Positions 1-13,760 are shown, counted from the first letter of the stretch. The stretch: DNA of 64,000 nucleotides from Piromyces finnis finn (GCA_002104945.1 MCFH01000089.1:1-64000), one strand, 5' to 3'. Numbers and translations: made by a program. The notes: generated from the letters alone by a model not told the origin.

Positions 1-595
1 ATCGCTAAATATTTAAAAAAAAATAATGAATTTCTATTTTAAAATAATAAACAAAAATTAATATTTTTCAATTTTAAAATAGAATAGAAAATACAATCTT
101 TTCAAATTGTTATTCAAATATTGGTTATTTAATACAAGTAAAAGCTTCGACTATTGAAAACTCTATAATTATCAGAAATTCAACTTTTACAAGTAATATA
201 TAAATTACCTTTTTTCAAAACGGAAAAAAAAATATATTTTTAAAAAAAGTATATTTTATTTAATTAATAGTATTTATCTTATTATAAATATATATATAAT
301 ATATATTTAAATATTTAAAAAAAAATGAATAATACATTAGATGTGATGACAATTTTCAAGGATACAACTAGTACATATTCTATTTCTGATTCCATTTTTA
401 AAAATATTTCATCAAAAATTTCAATACCGGTAATATCTGATGGAAAGTATTCCATATTTACTTTTTCTAATACTGAGTTTAGAAATATAAGGTATTAATT
501 ATTCAGATGATAATTAATGATTTTTAAGATTCATTTCTTATTGATTAAAAAATATATATTTTTCTTTTCATTTATTATATTCGTTTTTTTTAAAA

Positions 596-626
<31 letters not shown>

Positions 627-3600
627 TGTAGAACAATTAATGAATTATTTAATGAAGAATCTTCATATACCTTTAATAATGTATCATTTAAAAATATCAC
701 AACAAATTCTAAATTTCTTATGCATTTTTCAAATCATGATGTGATAATAAATCAAATGGATGCTGAGAATGTATCATGTATTGGTGATAGTGGGAATTCA
801 TTTTTTATTGCTTATGATACAGATATAATAAAATATAATAAATTATTAATTGATGGGATTACCATTAAAAATGTCAATTCAAATGGTTCTATTATAAAAA
901 TAGAAGGAAGGAACAGTATATTTAGTATAAAAAATTCAACAATTATTAATAATTCTTCATATGGTCCTATTATTAATATTACCTCAGATAATGTATGAAA
1001 TTTGCATAGCCTCATGAATTAATATTAATAATTATTTATATATATGTATATATATATATATTAATTTTTTATATCAATACTTTTCTTAATATAGTCAACA
1101 AATTTAATATCCAATATAGAATTCAATAATAATTATAATATAAATAGATATAGTTGTGGGAATATTCATTTTAGTAATGATTTAAACATAACAATAACGA
1201 ATTCCACTTTTAATAATAATCAATTAAAGAGTAATGGAGGAGTCATGTAAATAAATATGATATTAAATTTATTATTACCTAATTTTTTAAGAGTTGAACA
1301 ATAATTAATCATCATAACCATTTACATATAATAATCTATATAAATTTTATTTGACTTTTTTTTAAAAAAAAAAAAAGTTGTATGGATAATATATATAATA
1401 TGGAATTAAATTTAATTTCTAATCATTTCATTGAGAATAAAGCCAAAAATGGTGGAGCTCTCTATTTAAAAAATAATGATCATATTGATTTACATAATAA
1501 TAGATCAATTACTATCGAAAATAATATATTTGAAAAAAATCAAGCAGATGATTTTGGTGGAGCCATCTATTCCGAATATAATAATTTGTATTTAGCAACA
1601 ACAAAGAATAACAAAATTAATTATAATGAAGCAGGCATTATGGGAGGTGGAATTTATTCTCCAAATTTTATTGAAAAAAATTTATTTAATATCGAACATT
1701 TTACTTTTAAAAATAATAAAATGGGTGATTATACCACGAAACCAGCCTATGCTATATTAACAAATAAAAATAATTTTGATGAACCTATTCAAATAACTAC
1801 AGGAGATCGCATACACTTAACATTTATATTAAAAGATGAATTTAATAATGTAATTAAAGATGAAACAAAATATTATTCTACAATAACATTAAGAGTAATT
1901 TTGGAAAAAAAATATAAAAATGATAAAGTAGAAACGCATAATGAATTGGATTATAATTTAATTGGAAATATGGGAACATTTTCTAATGGTAAAAAAAAAA
2001 GCATTTTGAATTTTATTATTAAAAAAAATTATTATAATTTTTTCTAAAGTTTTTTTGAAATAATACCAAACACAATAATATATTTATATATTAATGAAAT
2101 AATGAAAAAAAAAGAGAGAGACACATTTAAATTTAATTAATTTAAATTTTCTTTACTGAAAAAAAAAAAAAAAAACTAAAGTATAAAATTATATATTTTT
2201 TTTATCCTTATTTTAAATGGTATTTAGGGGTTTGTGATTTAAATACATTTTTAATTTACGCCAAACCAAATATATATATTATGAAATTTATTGTTGAAAA
2301 TTATAATAGCGAAATAAAATTTAATATCAATAATATTGAAATTCAAGTGAATGATTGTAATCAAAATCAAATAAAAAAATTAAATAGAAAAGAAATACCA
2401 TATTGTGAAGATCCAAAATGTAGAGATAGTTGTCCTGTGGGTATCTATGCAAAATGCATAAAAAGTGATAATATCACATTAGAAAATGATATTAAAAACA
2501 ATATATGTAGTTGTTACACCGGATATACTGGGGAAAATTGTGAAAATAAAATTTTTATTAATTATAGGTAATATTATAGCATATGAAAATAATTTATTAA
2601 TACAAATTTTATATTTAGATTATCTAATTAAAAAAAAATTCAGAAAAAAAAAAAAGAAAGAGAGAAATTATAGACTATTTTTATTAAAATATTATAATAT
2701 TAATATATATTTATTGTTTTCTTTATATACAAAATAACATATTGTATATACATCTTATTTTTTTTTATTTTCTAGTTTCCTAAATAAAGTTATCATTGGA
2801 ATAACTACATTTATTATATTAATTGTCATAGTAGTTAATATCTTTCTATGGGTGAATAGAAATCAAAGTATTGTTAAAGACTTTGGATTTTTAATCATAA
2901 TATTAATTTCACTAAGTTTAATATTATTTAGTGTTAGCTATTTGTTTTCAACTTATACATCCTACAAAACCTGTTCATTGAAGTTTTTCTTTAAACACTT
3001 TGGAATATCTATTTTACTTTACGTTTTCGTTATAACACTTATGTTAAATTTTAAGTTAGGGATTCGTAAAAATTTAAATAATATAAAGAATTTTGAATCG
3101 GCGGAAGCATCTTTTGAAAAATCCTATAATAAAACATATAGAATAGATAATGGAAATATCAAAAAAATAAATATTAAGGATATTATAAATACAGCGGTTA
3201 ATGATAGTAGTTCTTCCAACAAAGGAATAGACATAAGTAGAAATATGATTAAAAATTATAATGATTATGGTGATATTTGTTATTTCACAACTCAAGAAAC
3301 AGATATGTATGAAGGAATGTTGAAAAAAATCAAAGAAATTAATATGCTTTATTTAAAAGCACTTTTATTATTATTATTCTATGTAGTAATTTTGATGGGC
3401 ATGATATTTATTAAAAGACAAAAGGATGAAAATGATATTAATTTTATTAAAAATAGTAATGGAGAATGGATCTATAAATGTAAACTTGATAAAATGGATG
3501 TACTTTTAGATTTTATGGAACTGTTAATATTTATCTTTACCTTTACAAAAAGTAATCAATTAAATTTTTATAATGGAATATTTCGTTATACCATATATAT

Positions 3601-4416
3601 ATTTTATTCTACTGAGATTGGATTATCATTTGGACCTCTTGTTAATGTAAAATAAAAATAAGGCTATTTTATTATTATTATTAATTAGTAGTAGTAGTAA
3701 TAATAATAATACTAATAATAGTAATAGTAATAATAATAGTAGTATTAGTATAGTATTATTAATATTATTATTATAATAATAATAGTGGTATTAATATTCG
3801 TATAGTATTATTAATATTATTATTATTATAATAATAATAGTGGTATTAATATTCGTATAGTATTATTAATATTATTATTATAATAATAATAGTGGTATTA
3901 ATATTCGTATAGTATTATTAATATTATATGTATTACTATTATTAGTAGTAGTAATATTGATATAAACAATGCTACTTTTATTAATTTAAAAGATATTTTA
4001 TCATTTTATATTAACTCTTTTTATTTTCTTTGCATATAATATAGATAATTAGCTATTATATTTTAAGAAACCAAAGAAAATCAAAAATTATTTTTGAAAT
4101 TATTTTGAATTCCATGTGCTATATCACTATATATTCGATATTTTTATGGGATAAAATATATTATATATTTAAAAAGGAAGGAAATAATGTATTTAAATAT
4201 TTTATTTGTATAAGACATGAAACATGTTCTATTCATCACTCTACAACATGTGAATGCAGTTTATTAATGACTAAGGAAGAACTTTTAATAAATGCAAAGA
4301 AAACAATAAATGTTTATAATGTTTGCAGGAAAACTTTTGTAATTATAAACAAACGATTAGCCTATGTTAGCCCAAAAATCAAATTAAAATATTTAAAATT
4401 TAATGAAGAAATATAA
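1..4416 (+). CDS. Multi-exon receptor (5' partial): beta-helix/pectin-lyase-like repeats + EGF-like domain + 7TM, class C GPCR-like family of anaerobic fungi
   Basis: Exonic ORFs carry GGA(L/I)Y repeats (NKAKNGGALY, NQADDFGGAIYS, NEAGIMGGGIYS; 1382-2047), an EGF-like CSCYTGYTGENC (2281-2571) and hydrophobic helices (2776-3646). A GT-AG intron at 3647-4044 joins in frame to the last exon, which ends at TAA 4416. Upstream exon boundaries are approximate. Confidence 0.75.
3785..3925. repeat. Intronic tandem repeat of about 52-55 bp (about 3 copies) in low-complexity TAT/AAT sequence
   Basis: Repeated unit gtggtattaatattcgtatagtattattaatattattattataataataata. Confidence 0.7.
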
Positions 4417-5851
4417 AAAAAAAAAAAAAAAAAAAAAAACAATTTAAAGATTCTTATATCACTTTTTTAATTTCTATCAAAATTTTTATTTATATATATG
4501 TTTAATGTTTAAAATTCTATTAAAATATTATACATAAAAATTATAATTATTCATTATTAAAATTAGATATACATAAACAATCGCCTATATATATTATATA
4601 TACTACAATAACTATTATAATTATATATTTTCTATAAAAAGAAATCTTTTTTTTTTTTTTTAAATAAAAAAAAAACAACCTATATTATCAAAAAAAAAAA
4701 AAAAAAAGTAACCCATAAAATTATTCATTTTACAAACTTTAAAGTAAATAATAATTAATGGTTAAGAATTAAATTTCATATATAGAAATTTTAATTTTTA
4801 CATAGTAATAGCCTCATTCAAATCAAAATGATTTTTTTTTAATATTATTACTATCAAAAGTTGAATGAATAATATTCAACATCACAGTATCATCATCCTT
4901 TAATCAATAAAGTTTTTTTCTTTTTTTTAATTCCTCTTTTTGAAATGATTAATGAAATTTTAATAATTTTAAACTTTTTTTTTATCATTCTTTCTTTTTT
5001 TTTTCATAAACTCTTTCCTTGGTGATAATAAAACTTTATTTTTTTAAAAGGTTGGTAAACTTCTTTTTTAAATTTTTTTATTATAAAATAAAGTTTTTAA
5101 ACATTTTTAATTATTGAATCAACTTTAATTAATTGTATAATATATTAAAATATATTAATTCTTTTAATTTAATATTCATAATAAATTTTATAATGTTTAC
5201 ATTTTTTAATTAATGTAAAATACATCATTGCAATACAATAAAAAACAAGGTTTTTTATAATAGGTATAAAACGCATATACTACACATACTATTTCATTTT
5301 TTTACTGTAATAAAATTAATAAAAAAGACAGGAATAAGAAATATAAAATTAGGAATTAATCCTAATAAAAAAAGAAAAGTTTAAAAGTGAATGAATTTAC
5401 ATTAATGTACATTAATGTAATGGAATATACAGCTTATAATGTAAATTAAAAAAAAATTATTTTTAATTAAATTTTTTTAATATAAATGAATATAAATGAA
5501 TATATTGTGTTATTTTGATTTTATATATTAATTTTAAAATAAATAAAAAAAAAAAAAAAAAGATAATTTGATAAAAAAGTTTTTTATTTTTTTTTTAAAA
5601 GTGGCAATTGAAAAAAAGAATTAAATGTCATTTTAAATATATATGTATATATATATATATCAACATAAACATGAAATTGAAATAGCCAAAAAAAAAAAGA
5701 AAAAAAAAACATTCATGTATATATAACAAAATTTTCATAAAAAGAAAAAGAATAAAAAACAGTAATTTACAACTATTTTCAAAAAAAAAAAAAAAATTTC
5801 TTCATCTTAAAGTCAATTATCATTGGTAAAGCTTTTTTCATATAAGAAACA

Positions 5852-8800
5852 ATGCATGGAAGGTATAGAAGAGGTAGAAAAAAGAATTTATTACTTTGTA
5901 GTATTATATTTGGCCTATTTATATATTTTAATATAAAAATATCATTAGTTAAAAAAGAAAATTATAAATTTTCCAATGAAAATGTAAAAATAAAAAACAA
6001 GGAATTCTATAAAGAAAATAATGGTATAGAAAATAACTATGAAATTTATAGGAATCAATATAATCAGAAAAATAACAAATCAAATGTTGATAATGATAAT
6101 GACATTTTAAATTTAGGGTCAAAAAATATTGTAGATAATACTGATAATGATAATGCTTCGAAAGATAATTATATTGATATTGATATAAATGAATTTGGAA
6201 TTAGCGAAATTGATAATGAAGAACTGGATAATAATAAAATTAATGAAATTCCAAAAAATAATGATAATTCGCAATCATTTAAAAATATTGAAATTAATAA
6301 TGTTAAAAATGAAAAAGATAATTTATTGGAAAGTAATAACATTGCAGATGATATATTAGAAAATAATTTACATGAAAATCAAGAAATAAACAACCATTTG
6401 GGAAAGGATATTTTAAATAATAATCAGGAAAGTAATGATACGGATATGGAATTCATAGATAATAATGATATGGAAAAGGACAGTTTATATAAAGGTAAAA
6501 AAACATTTATAACAAATAATAAAGAAAATCAAATCGATAATAAAAAGAATTCTAAGGAAAGTAGTAGGGATTCATCATTAAATGAAAAAATACACGATCC
6601 AGATTGGGATATCATTAGAAGTTACAAAGGAGGCGAATTAGAACCTGAATGGGAATGGGCCAAAACTATTTCTATTGTTTATACTTGGGTAAATGGTAAT
6701 GATATTGATTTCTTAGATGAAAAATCAAAATATAATGGAGGTTATAGATCATTTAATAGTAGGGATCGTTCAGCGGATGAACTTCGTTATTCTATTCGTT
6801 CTTTAGAAAAATATATGCCATGGCATAAAGGAACCATTTACATTGTTACCAATAATCAAATACCCAAATGGCTGGATACGTCAAATCCAAGAATTAAGAT
6901 TATCTATCACCAACATTTCATTCCGGAATTTTACTTGCCAACCTATGACTCAAACGTCATAGAATTATTTTTAGATAAAATTCCAAACATTACTGAATAT
7001 TATTTATATTTTAATGATGATATTTTTTTAAATAATTATATTCATCCATCCTTCTTTTTTACCAGTAAAACTTTTTACCCAAAAGTTTATCGAAGTCGTG
7101 TTTTAACCTTGAAAAAAGATGTCGTAGATAAAGTCATTGAAGAAAACGATACCCGTAAAATGTTCCTTGCATCCAAATATTTTACTCGTGAAATACTTCG
7201 AGAATATTTTGATCCCAATTTTGAATATCGTTATTTACTTCATACCGTGTACGTTATATATCGTGATTTAATGGAACCATTCCGTCAACTTTTCAAAGAC
7301 GAAATTCAACTGATTTGTTCGGATAAGTTTAGAAGCCCTTTTGAACCTCACACCCTCTATCTCTATCAAACCTATTTATACTACGCAACACAACATGAAA
7401 AATTTCCAGTAAAATTAGGAGGACAAGGAAAAGCTTCAACATTTATAGGACACCCTCTTCCAAAAAAAATAGATAGTACTGTAAAAAAGTATTCTTGCGA
7501 AATGGTACCAGAAGAAATTAGTAAACAATATATTAAATTTGGAAGTATTACCAATAATTACAATATAAATCTTTTAAAATTCAACCGATTCAGAAATGAC
7601 AAAAATATCCTAGTATATAATTTCAATGATGAATATTCCACGGATATTTCCTTATATCAATTTACGGAATACATGATAAGTCGTTATCCAATCCCCTCCT
7701 CCTTTGAAAAAAAGGACTATATTGATTTAGAATTAGCCATTCAACCATTATTTGAACAAATTAATAAGCTAAGCGACACCATTGAAAATAAACTTCCAAA
7801 TAATTATAATAAAAAAGAAAATAAAAAAATGAATGAATTCCTAAAAAAATACCAATTAATCATGGTAAAGAATTATATAAATAATAAAGATTCTCTCTCC
7901 CCAATCCCCAGTCAAGTAAGTGAAAAAGAATATGAAGAAATTGATTTTCATTATTATTATGATCCTAATCTCCGATTAGAAGAAGAATGGGAATGGGCAA
8001 AACATATTTCTTTTGTTTATTATTTAGAAAAAAGAAGCAAAGATAAAAATAAGGAAAATAGAATTACAGAAGAAGACAAATTAAAGTATTCCCTACGATC
8101 TATACAAAAGTATTTACCATGGTTTAAAGGAACCATTTATATTATTACACAAAAGCAAGCCACAGAAAGGAATAATTATTTTTCCTGGTTAAACCAAAAT
8201 GCCCGTCAAATAAAAGTAGTATATCAAAATGATATTTTACCGGAGGCTTTTCAAAACACAAAAAATCGTCACGTTGTTGAAATGTATTTAGACCGACTTC
8301 CTGGACTATCAGAAAAGTTTATCTATATGAAATCGAATCAATATTTTATAAATTATACTCATCCACGATACTTTTTCAATATAAATCAATATCCAAAATT
8401 TATTTTCAAACCTCCTGTGTCCGAAGAAAGGGTCGGTCTTTTAAGTGAAAAAGACCAACCCTTTTATCAAACGCATGAACTCATTAAAAAATATTTTGGT
8501 AACAGTTTTTTCCGTTCCTATCGTTACCTTTACAATGCCCCGATATCTCTTTATCGTGATATTTTCCCACCGGTACGTGAATTATTTGAAGAGGAATTTT
8601 ATCATCGTATGATAGAAAGTAGAATTCCTAGTACTAAAGATCTTCTTCCTATGTACCTTATTACAAATTATATTATATATGGAGCATCTCAACCCTTTTA
8701 TCCTAGTTATGTTGCTGGTTACGGTGAAATTAGAAAGGTTAAACCACCGTTCCTTAATCCAGATCGTAGTGTTGTTTTTTACGGCTATGATATTCCTTCC

Positions 8801-9019
8801 AGAACAGTGAATCGAAATATTGCTGTATTGGAGCATCCCTTTTCAACAGAAATGGAATGGAATGAAATGAAATTGGAAGAATTATCAAAAAGTATAGATT
8901 ATGAAGTAATGATAAGTTTTGTTTTTATAAAACCAAGTAAATATACGTCAAAAATTAAACAACAATTTATGCATTTTATGGATAATTATTGTAAAGAAAA
9001 ATCTATTTTTGAACTTTAA
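5852..9019 (+). CDS. Stealth-family hexose-phosphate transferase, type II membrane protein with two Stealth domains (second degenerate)
   Basis: N-terminal TM segment and N/D-rich stem. CR1 ISIVYTWVNG, CR2 DELRYSIRSLEKYMPW...YLYFNDDIF, then a second copy ISFVYYL...KLKYSLRSIQKYLPW...FIYMKSNQYF. Intronless. Confidence 0.88.
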   Translation: MHGRYRRGRKKNLLLCSIIFGLFIYFNIKISLVKKENYKFSNENVKIKNKEFYKENNGIENNYEIYRNQYNQKNNKSNVDNDNDILNLGSKNIVDNTDNDNASKDNYIDIDINEFGISEIDNEELDNNKINEIPKNNDNSQSFKNIEINNVKNEKDNLLESNNIADDILENNLHENQEINNHLGKDILNNNQESNDTDMEFIDNNDMEKDSLYKGKKTFITNNKENQIDNKKNSKESSRDSSLNEKIHDPDWDIIRSYKGGELEPEWEWAKTISIVYTWVNGNDIDFLDEKSKYNGGYRSFNSRDRSADELRYSIRSLEKYMPWHKGTIYIVTNNQIPKWLDTSNPRIKIIYHQHFIPEFYLPTYDSNVIELFLDKIPNITEYYLYFNDDIFLNNYIHPSFFFTSKTFYPKVYRSRVLTLKKDVVDKVIEENDTRKMFLASKYFTREILREYFDPNFEYRYLLHTVYVIYRDLMEPFRQLFKDEIQLICSDKFRSPFEPHTLYLYQTYLYYATQHEKFPVKLGGQGKASTFIGHPLPKKIDSTVKKYSCEMVPEEISKQYIKFGSITNNYNINLLKFNRFRNDKNILVYNFNDEYSTDISLYQFTEYMISRYPIPSSFEKKDYIDLELAIQPLFEQINKLSDTIENKLPNNYNKKENKKMNEFLKKYQLIMVKNYINNKDSLSPIPSQVSEKEYEEIDFHYYYDPNLRLEEEWEWAKHISFVYYLEKRSKDKNKENRITEEDKLKYSLRSIQKYLPWFKGTIYIITQKQATERNNYFSWLNQNARQIKVVYQNDILPEAFQNTKNRHVVEMYLDRLPGLSEKFIYMKSNQYFINYTHPRYFFNINQYPKFIFKPPVSEERVGLLSEKDQPFYQTHELIKKYFGNSFFRSYRYLYNAPISLYRDIFPPVRELFEEEFYHRMIESRIPSTKDLLPMYLITNYIIYGASQPFYPSYVAGYGEIRKVKPPFLNPDRSVVFYGYDIPSRTVNRNIAVLEHPFSTEMEWNEMKLEELSKSIDYEVMISFVFIKPSKYTSKIKQQFMHFMDNYCKEKSIFEL

Positions 9020-10094
9020 AAAAAAAATCTTTTTTTTTTTTGATATTATTCTTTTTAATTCAATCCCCATATCCTTATTCTTATATCCTCTATATGAAAA
9101 TATTATTATTTAATTTAATTTATTAAAATTGGTTTATATATATATACATTTATCTTATTTATATTTCTATTAAAATTAGAAAAAAAAAAAAAAAAAGCAT
9201 TTCTCATAATTTAACATTTTAACATTTACTCCTAACTAAAATATTTTTTTTTCCTTCAAATTTTTGTATTATTTTTTTATTATTAATTAATTACAACTAT
9301 TATCGTATATCATATTTATTTAAAATCATTTTCATCACATAATATATATGGTATAGCCATATATATAATAATCATTATATATATATATATTTATTATAAA
9401 GAAATATAGCATTTATATTTATCCTTCATTATTAATTATTATTTTTATTTTTATTATCTGTTTTTAAAAAAAAAATAATAATAATAAAGAATTTTATTAT
9501 ATTTTATTATTATTAAAAAAAAAAGTAAAAATTTATTATAAAAGTAATTGATATCATTTAAATAACAAAAAAAAAAAAAGTTACACGGTAATTTAATATA
9601 TATAATGGCAGAGGTCGAATTTCTTCTGGCTAAAATCGTCAAAAATTTAGAATAATTATTTAAATTACTAATTCATCATACAATTTTTATTACTCAAATA
9701 TATTCTATAAAAACTTTAAATTTCAATAATTTATCTTTTTTAACAATTTACAACTATTTTCTCTTTCTTTTTTTTTTCTTATTATAAAGATTAAAAAAAT
9801 AAATTATAATTCCTTCTTAATAATAGAGTCATTGTATAAATAAAAAATATTATAGTTATTTATATTATCTAAATAATAATTAATTTTTTTCTTTTTTTTT
9901 TTTTTTTACTGTTTTATTATAATACTTCAAAAATTTTATATTTTATTTTCATTGTATTCTTAATAACATAAATTCATATTAATCATAACTTAATAATAAA
10001 AAGATATATTTTTAATAAAAGGCATTAAGATATAATACTACTAAATGAATGGATATATTAATTTTCTCTATATACATTATTTCTTATGTTGTTA

Positions 10095-10505
10095 CTTTGA
10101 CTATTACTTTGACTATTACTATTACTATTACTATTACTATTACTATTACTTTGACTATTACTATTACTATTACTATTACTATTACTATTACTATTACTAT
10201 TACTATTACTATTACTTTGACTATTACTATTACTATTACTATTACTATTATTATTACTATTACTATTACTATTACTATTACTATTACTATTACTATTACT
10301 ATTACTATTACTATTACTATTACTATTACTATTACTATTACTATTACTATTACTTTGACTATTACTATTACTATTACTATTACTATTACTATTACTATTA
10401 CTATTACTATTACTATTACTATTACTATTACTATTACTATTACTATTACTATTACTATTACTATTACTTTGACTATTACTATTACTATTACTTTGATTAT
10501 TACTT
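10095..10505. repeat. (ATTACT)n hexanucleotide microsatellite, about 410 bp
   Basis: Direct reading, with occasional TTTGACT interruptions. It explains the spurious poly-Y, IT and VI ORFs. Confidence 0.97.
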
Positions 10506-12224
10506 TCACTACGACAAGGCTTTGATAGAAATTTTCATTTAACAATTAATAGAATATTCTAATATTTTACAATGATACTTTTAGGTATTATATTAATTAT
10601 CAACTTCGATTTTAATATATTTGTATTATAGAAAATGAATGAGTCAAATAAGGTTGATAGTTAATATAACTTTTAATTAAATTTAGTTTAATTTATTATA
10701 TTGAAACTTTATTAATAATTATAAATTTTAATATATTTTTGTCATACATCAAAAGTAATATCATATGAAATATGAAACATAAAAATGACACTTTTTTTTT
10801 TATACTTGATTCTATGATTAAAAAATTTAATTGTTAAAAAAAAAAAAAAAAGTATTTAAAAGGAAATCTGTTTTATAATTTAATTTAATATTTATGGATA
10901 CTTTAGGAAAATAATAAATTTTCATTTCGTTCAATGTTTTATTATTATTTGCTTGTTCAATGTTGTAATTACAAAATAGTGTATTGTTTATTCAACATTC
11001 TATGTTATTTAATATTAATATTAGTTGTTGCCAAATGTTGTAATGATAAATGCGCTGTTATTCTATGCTTATGATCCCATATATGTTATTAAATAGTTAT
11101 ATATTCATTTTAACCTTTTTATAAATTTAGATGATAGTATTTAGATAAATATAGATTTGTTGTTGTTGTTGTTGTTGTTGTTAAAAACTCAAATAGTATT
11201 ATTAATACTAATAATTTTGATTTGAATTACTCAAAAAATGTAATTTTTCAATATTTTCTATATCATCTTTTTTAATATTTTACGTTGAAATATATATAAT
11301 AATAAGTTAATAACTAGTAAATAACAATAATTGAACTATTTTTATCATTTGGTACAGTTGGTCCTCTATTATTACCTCTCTAATAAGGAAAAAGGTAATT
11401 TCATATCTTAAAATTTAGAATATTATTTCTTATAAAGGCTAAAACGATTTCCATTTATTTTTAAAATTATAGATGTTCCAACTTTTAATCCTACATTTCT
11501 AAAATTGATGATTACTTGAAAGATTATTGATAAATTTATATACTTTTTACCTAAATTATATATATTATATATATGATATAATTGATCAAAGAATAAAAGA
11601 TTAAAAAAAGGACACATAAAATATATATTTTTTACTATATAAAATACGTATATATTTTATCATTATTTTATTTTTTATTAATAAGTTATTTTAATTTATT
11701 ATTTTAGTTATAATAAATATTTACAATGAAAAAATTAAATATTTTTTTTATATTTTTAAAAAAAAAAAAATCTATTGTTGAAAAGTTGTTGTTAATAAAT
11801 AATTAATTATAATTTATTTTAAAAGATATTTTAAACTACTATATAAATTATATAAATATTTTTAATTTATTGATATATTAAGCATTTCTTTTTTTTTTTA
11901 AAAAAAAAAAAAAAATACGATTATTGTTATTATATAACACACCATTAATGTTATATCTATCTTGATTTGTTGTTGTTGATTTTCTTTTTCATAATTTTCA
12001 TAATATATCGGTAAAATGAATTATTCCTTGACAAATGTTATCTTAAATATATTGCTTGTTTTTATTTGGTTTCTTATCAATCAAATTAATATACATATAT
12101 ATATATAATTCTTTACTATATTGAATGGATAATCCTTTAAATAATTCATAAAAGTCATATTATGATGAATAATTCAGAAATATATATATGGGTATAGCAT
12201 CTATTTCATTGGGAAAATAAAAAT

Positions 12225-13760
12225 TTAAACTCTATCCTCTGTTTGTTCCCATTCTTCACTTTTAGCTGGTAAGAAAGTAAATACCAAGGTTGCAATTATT
12301 AATACAGCCGCAGATATTAAAGTAAATATTAATTGTTCTGTTGTTCCAGATTTAATACTATCAATTAAACCACCAACCCAAATAATGATAATAAAGATTG
12401 GAAGAATAATTTTTACAATAAGTAACCACCATGTACCCACCTTTAAGAATCTACTTTTATTATTTAAGAAACCAATTAATTTCTTAGAATCAAATATCCA
12501 AGCAAAGACAACACATTCTAATACAACACCAATTAAAATGGCAACTTGATTGATAAAGGTATCTACAATACCTAAAAGAGATTCACCAAATTGGGTGGCA
12601 TAAAGCATTGAAATAACAGCACCAATACCGCATAATACTGACATTGTAGTGTGTCTAGACCATCCGAATTTATTTTGAATTGAAAAGGATAATGGTTCAA
12701 TAGTAGATAAAATACTAGTAATACCAGCAAGATAAACAGTAATGAAGAATAATGGACCAATAATTACAGAAAACTTTCCTAATACATTTAAAATAGTTGG
12801 ATAAACAACAAATACTAATCCAGCACCTTGAATATTTAATCCATCAGCACTTTTTGTATCTAAAAGTTGGTCCATACTTTTTCCTGATTGATTGGCCATG
12901 TAACCTAAAATAGAGAATACACCAAGAGCAGCAAAGTTTTCAAATGAACAATTAGCGATAGCAATAGATAAAGTATTGGTAATTAAATCAGTTTCCTTTT
13001 TAGTGTAACTGGCATAGGTAAAGGCAATAGACATACCAAGACTAAGAGAAAAAATGATTTGACCAAAGGCAGCCATCCATATATCAAACTTTAATAAATT
13101 TGACCAATCTGGTTTAAATAATTTTTCTAAACCGGTAGAAGCACCACTTAGAGATAAAGAGTAAATAACAATAAATACCATAATAATGAATAATAATGGA
13201 ACCAATAATTTTGATAATTTTCCAAGACCTTTTTCTAAATCTCTATGAGAAATAAACCAAATAATTACCCAACCAATAAGCATAGCTATAGCAATAATTG
13301 GAAGGAAATGAAATAATCCGGTATAACTTTCAGTGGATTGTAAAAGTTCTTTTCCAAAGTAAGTTTTTGGTTCGTTACCCCAACCTTTGAAAAAACTTAA
13401 TACGATATATATACCATCCCAACCTAAAATGGCTGAATAATAAATCATAATCATATATACTGATACTGGTAAAAACCAACCTAAAAATTCGAATTTTGAA
13501 TGAATCTTTTTGACAGCTTTAGCAAATGATGATTTGTAATTGTAACCAACACCATATTCTAAAATTAGAAAAGGTACACCCATTAAAAGAATAGCTACAA
13601 GGTATGGAATATAAAAAGCACCACCACCATTAAAACAAAGTACATATGGATATCTCCAAATATTTCCAAGACCAACTGCTGATCCAATCATAGCTAAAAT
13701 GAATGAAAGATTACTACCCCATTCATTTTGTTGAGTTTTTTTTCCTTCAACAACAGACAT
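12225..13760 (-). CDS. Sodium-dependent transporter, NSS/SNF (SLC6/LeuT) family, prokaryote-type
   Basis: TM1 motif AMIGSAVGLGNIWRYPY, GGGAFYIPY, TM6 WMAAFGQIIFSLSLG, TM8 AGITSILS. About 510 aa, intronless, with no long eukaryotic EL2 loop. Confidence 0.93.
   Translation of the reverse strand: MSVVEGKKTQQNEWGSNLSFILAMIGSAVGLGNIWRYPYVLCFNGGGAFYIPYLVAILLMGVPFLILEYGVGYNYKSSFAKAVKKIHSKFEFLGWFLPVSVYMIMIYYSAILGWDGIYIVLSFFKGWGNEPKTYFGKELLQSTESYTGLFHFLPIIAIAMLIGWVIIWFISHRDLEKGLGKLSKLLVPLLFIIMVFIVIYSLSLSGASTGLEKLFKPDWSNLLKFDIWMAAFGQIIFSLSLGMSIAFTYASYTKKETDLITNTLSIAIANCSFENFAALGVFSILGYMANQSGKSMDQLLDTKSADGLNIQGAGLVFVVYPTILNVLGKFSVIIGPLFFITVYLAGITSILSTIEPLSFSIQNKFGWSRHTTMSVLCGIGAVISMLYATQFGESLLGIVDTFINQVAILIGVVLECVVFAWIFDSKKLIGFLNNKSRFLKVGTWWLLIVKIILPIFIIIIWVGGLIDSIKSGTTEQLIFTLISAAVLIIATLVFTFLPAKSEEWEQTEDRV

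Noticed and set aside
10045-10545. ORFs encoding poly-Tyr, (IT)n and (VI)n
   Set aside because: They are stop-free frames of the (ATTACT)n microsatellite, with no coding signal.
11300-11620. Possible exon or ORF fragments (FLSFGTVGPLLLPL; ORF 11423-11617)
   Set aside because: Too short and interrupted to support a gene or relic call.
12225-13760. Contaminating archaeal or bacterial contig
   Set aside because: The flanks are long poly-A/T fungal-type intergenic DNA with no operon neighbours or RBS, and share a repeat with another part of the window.
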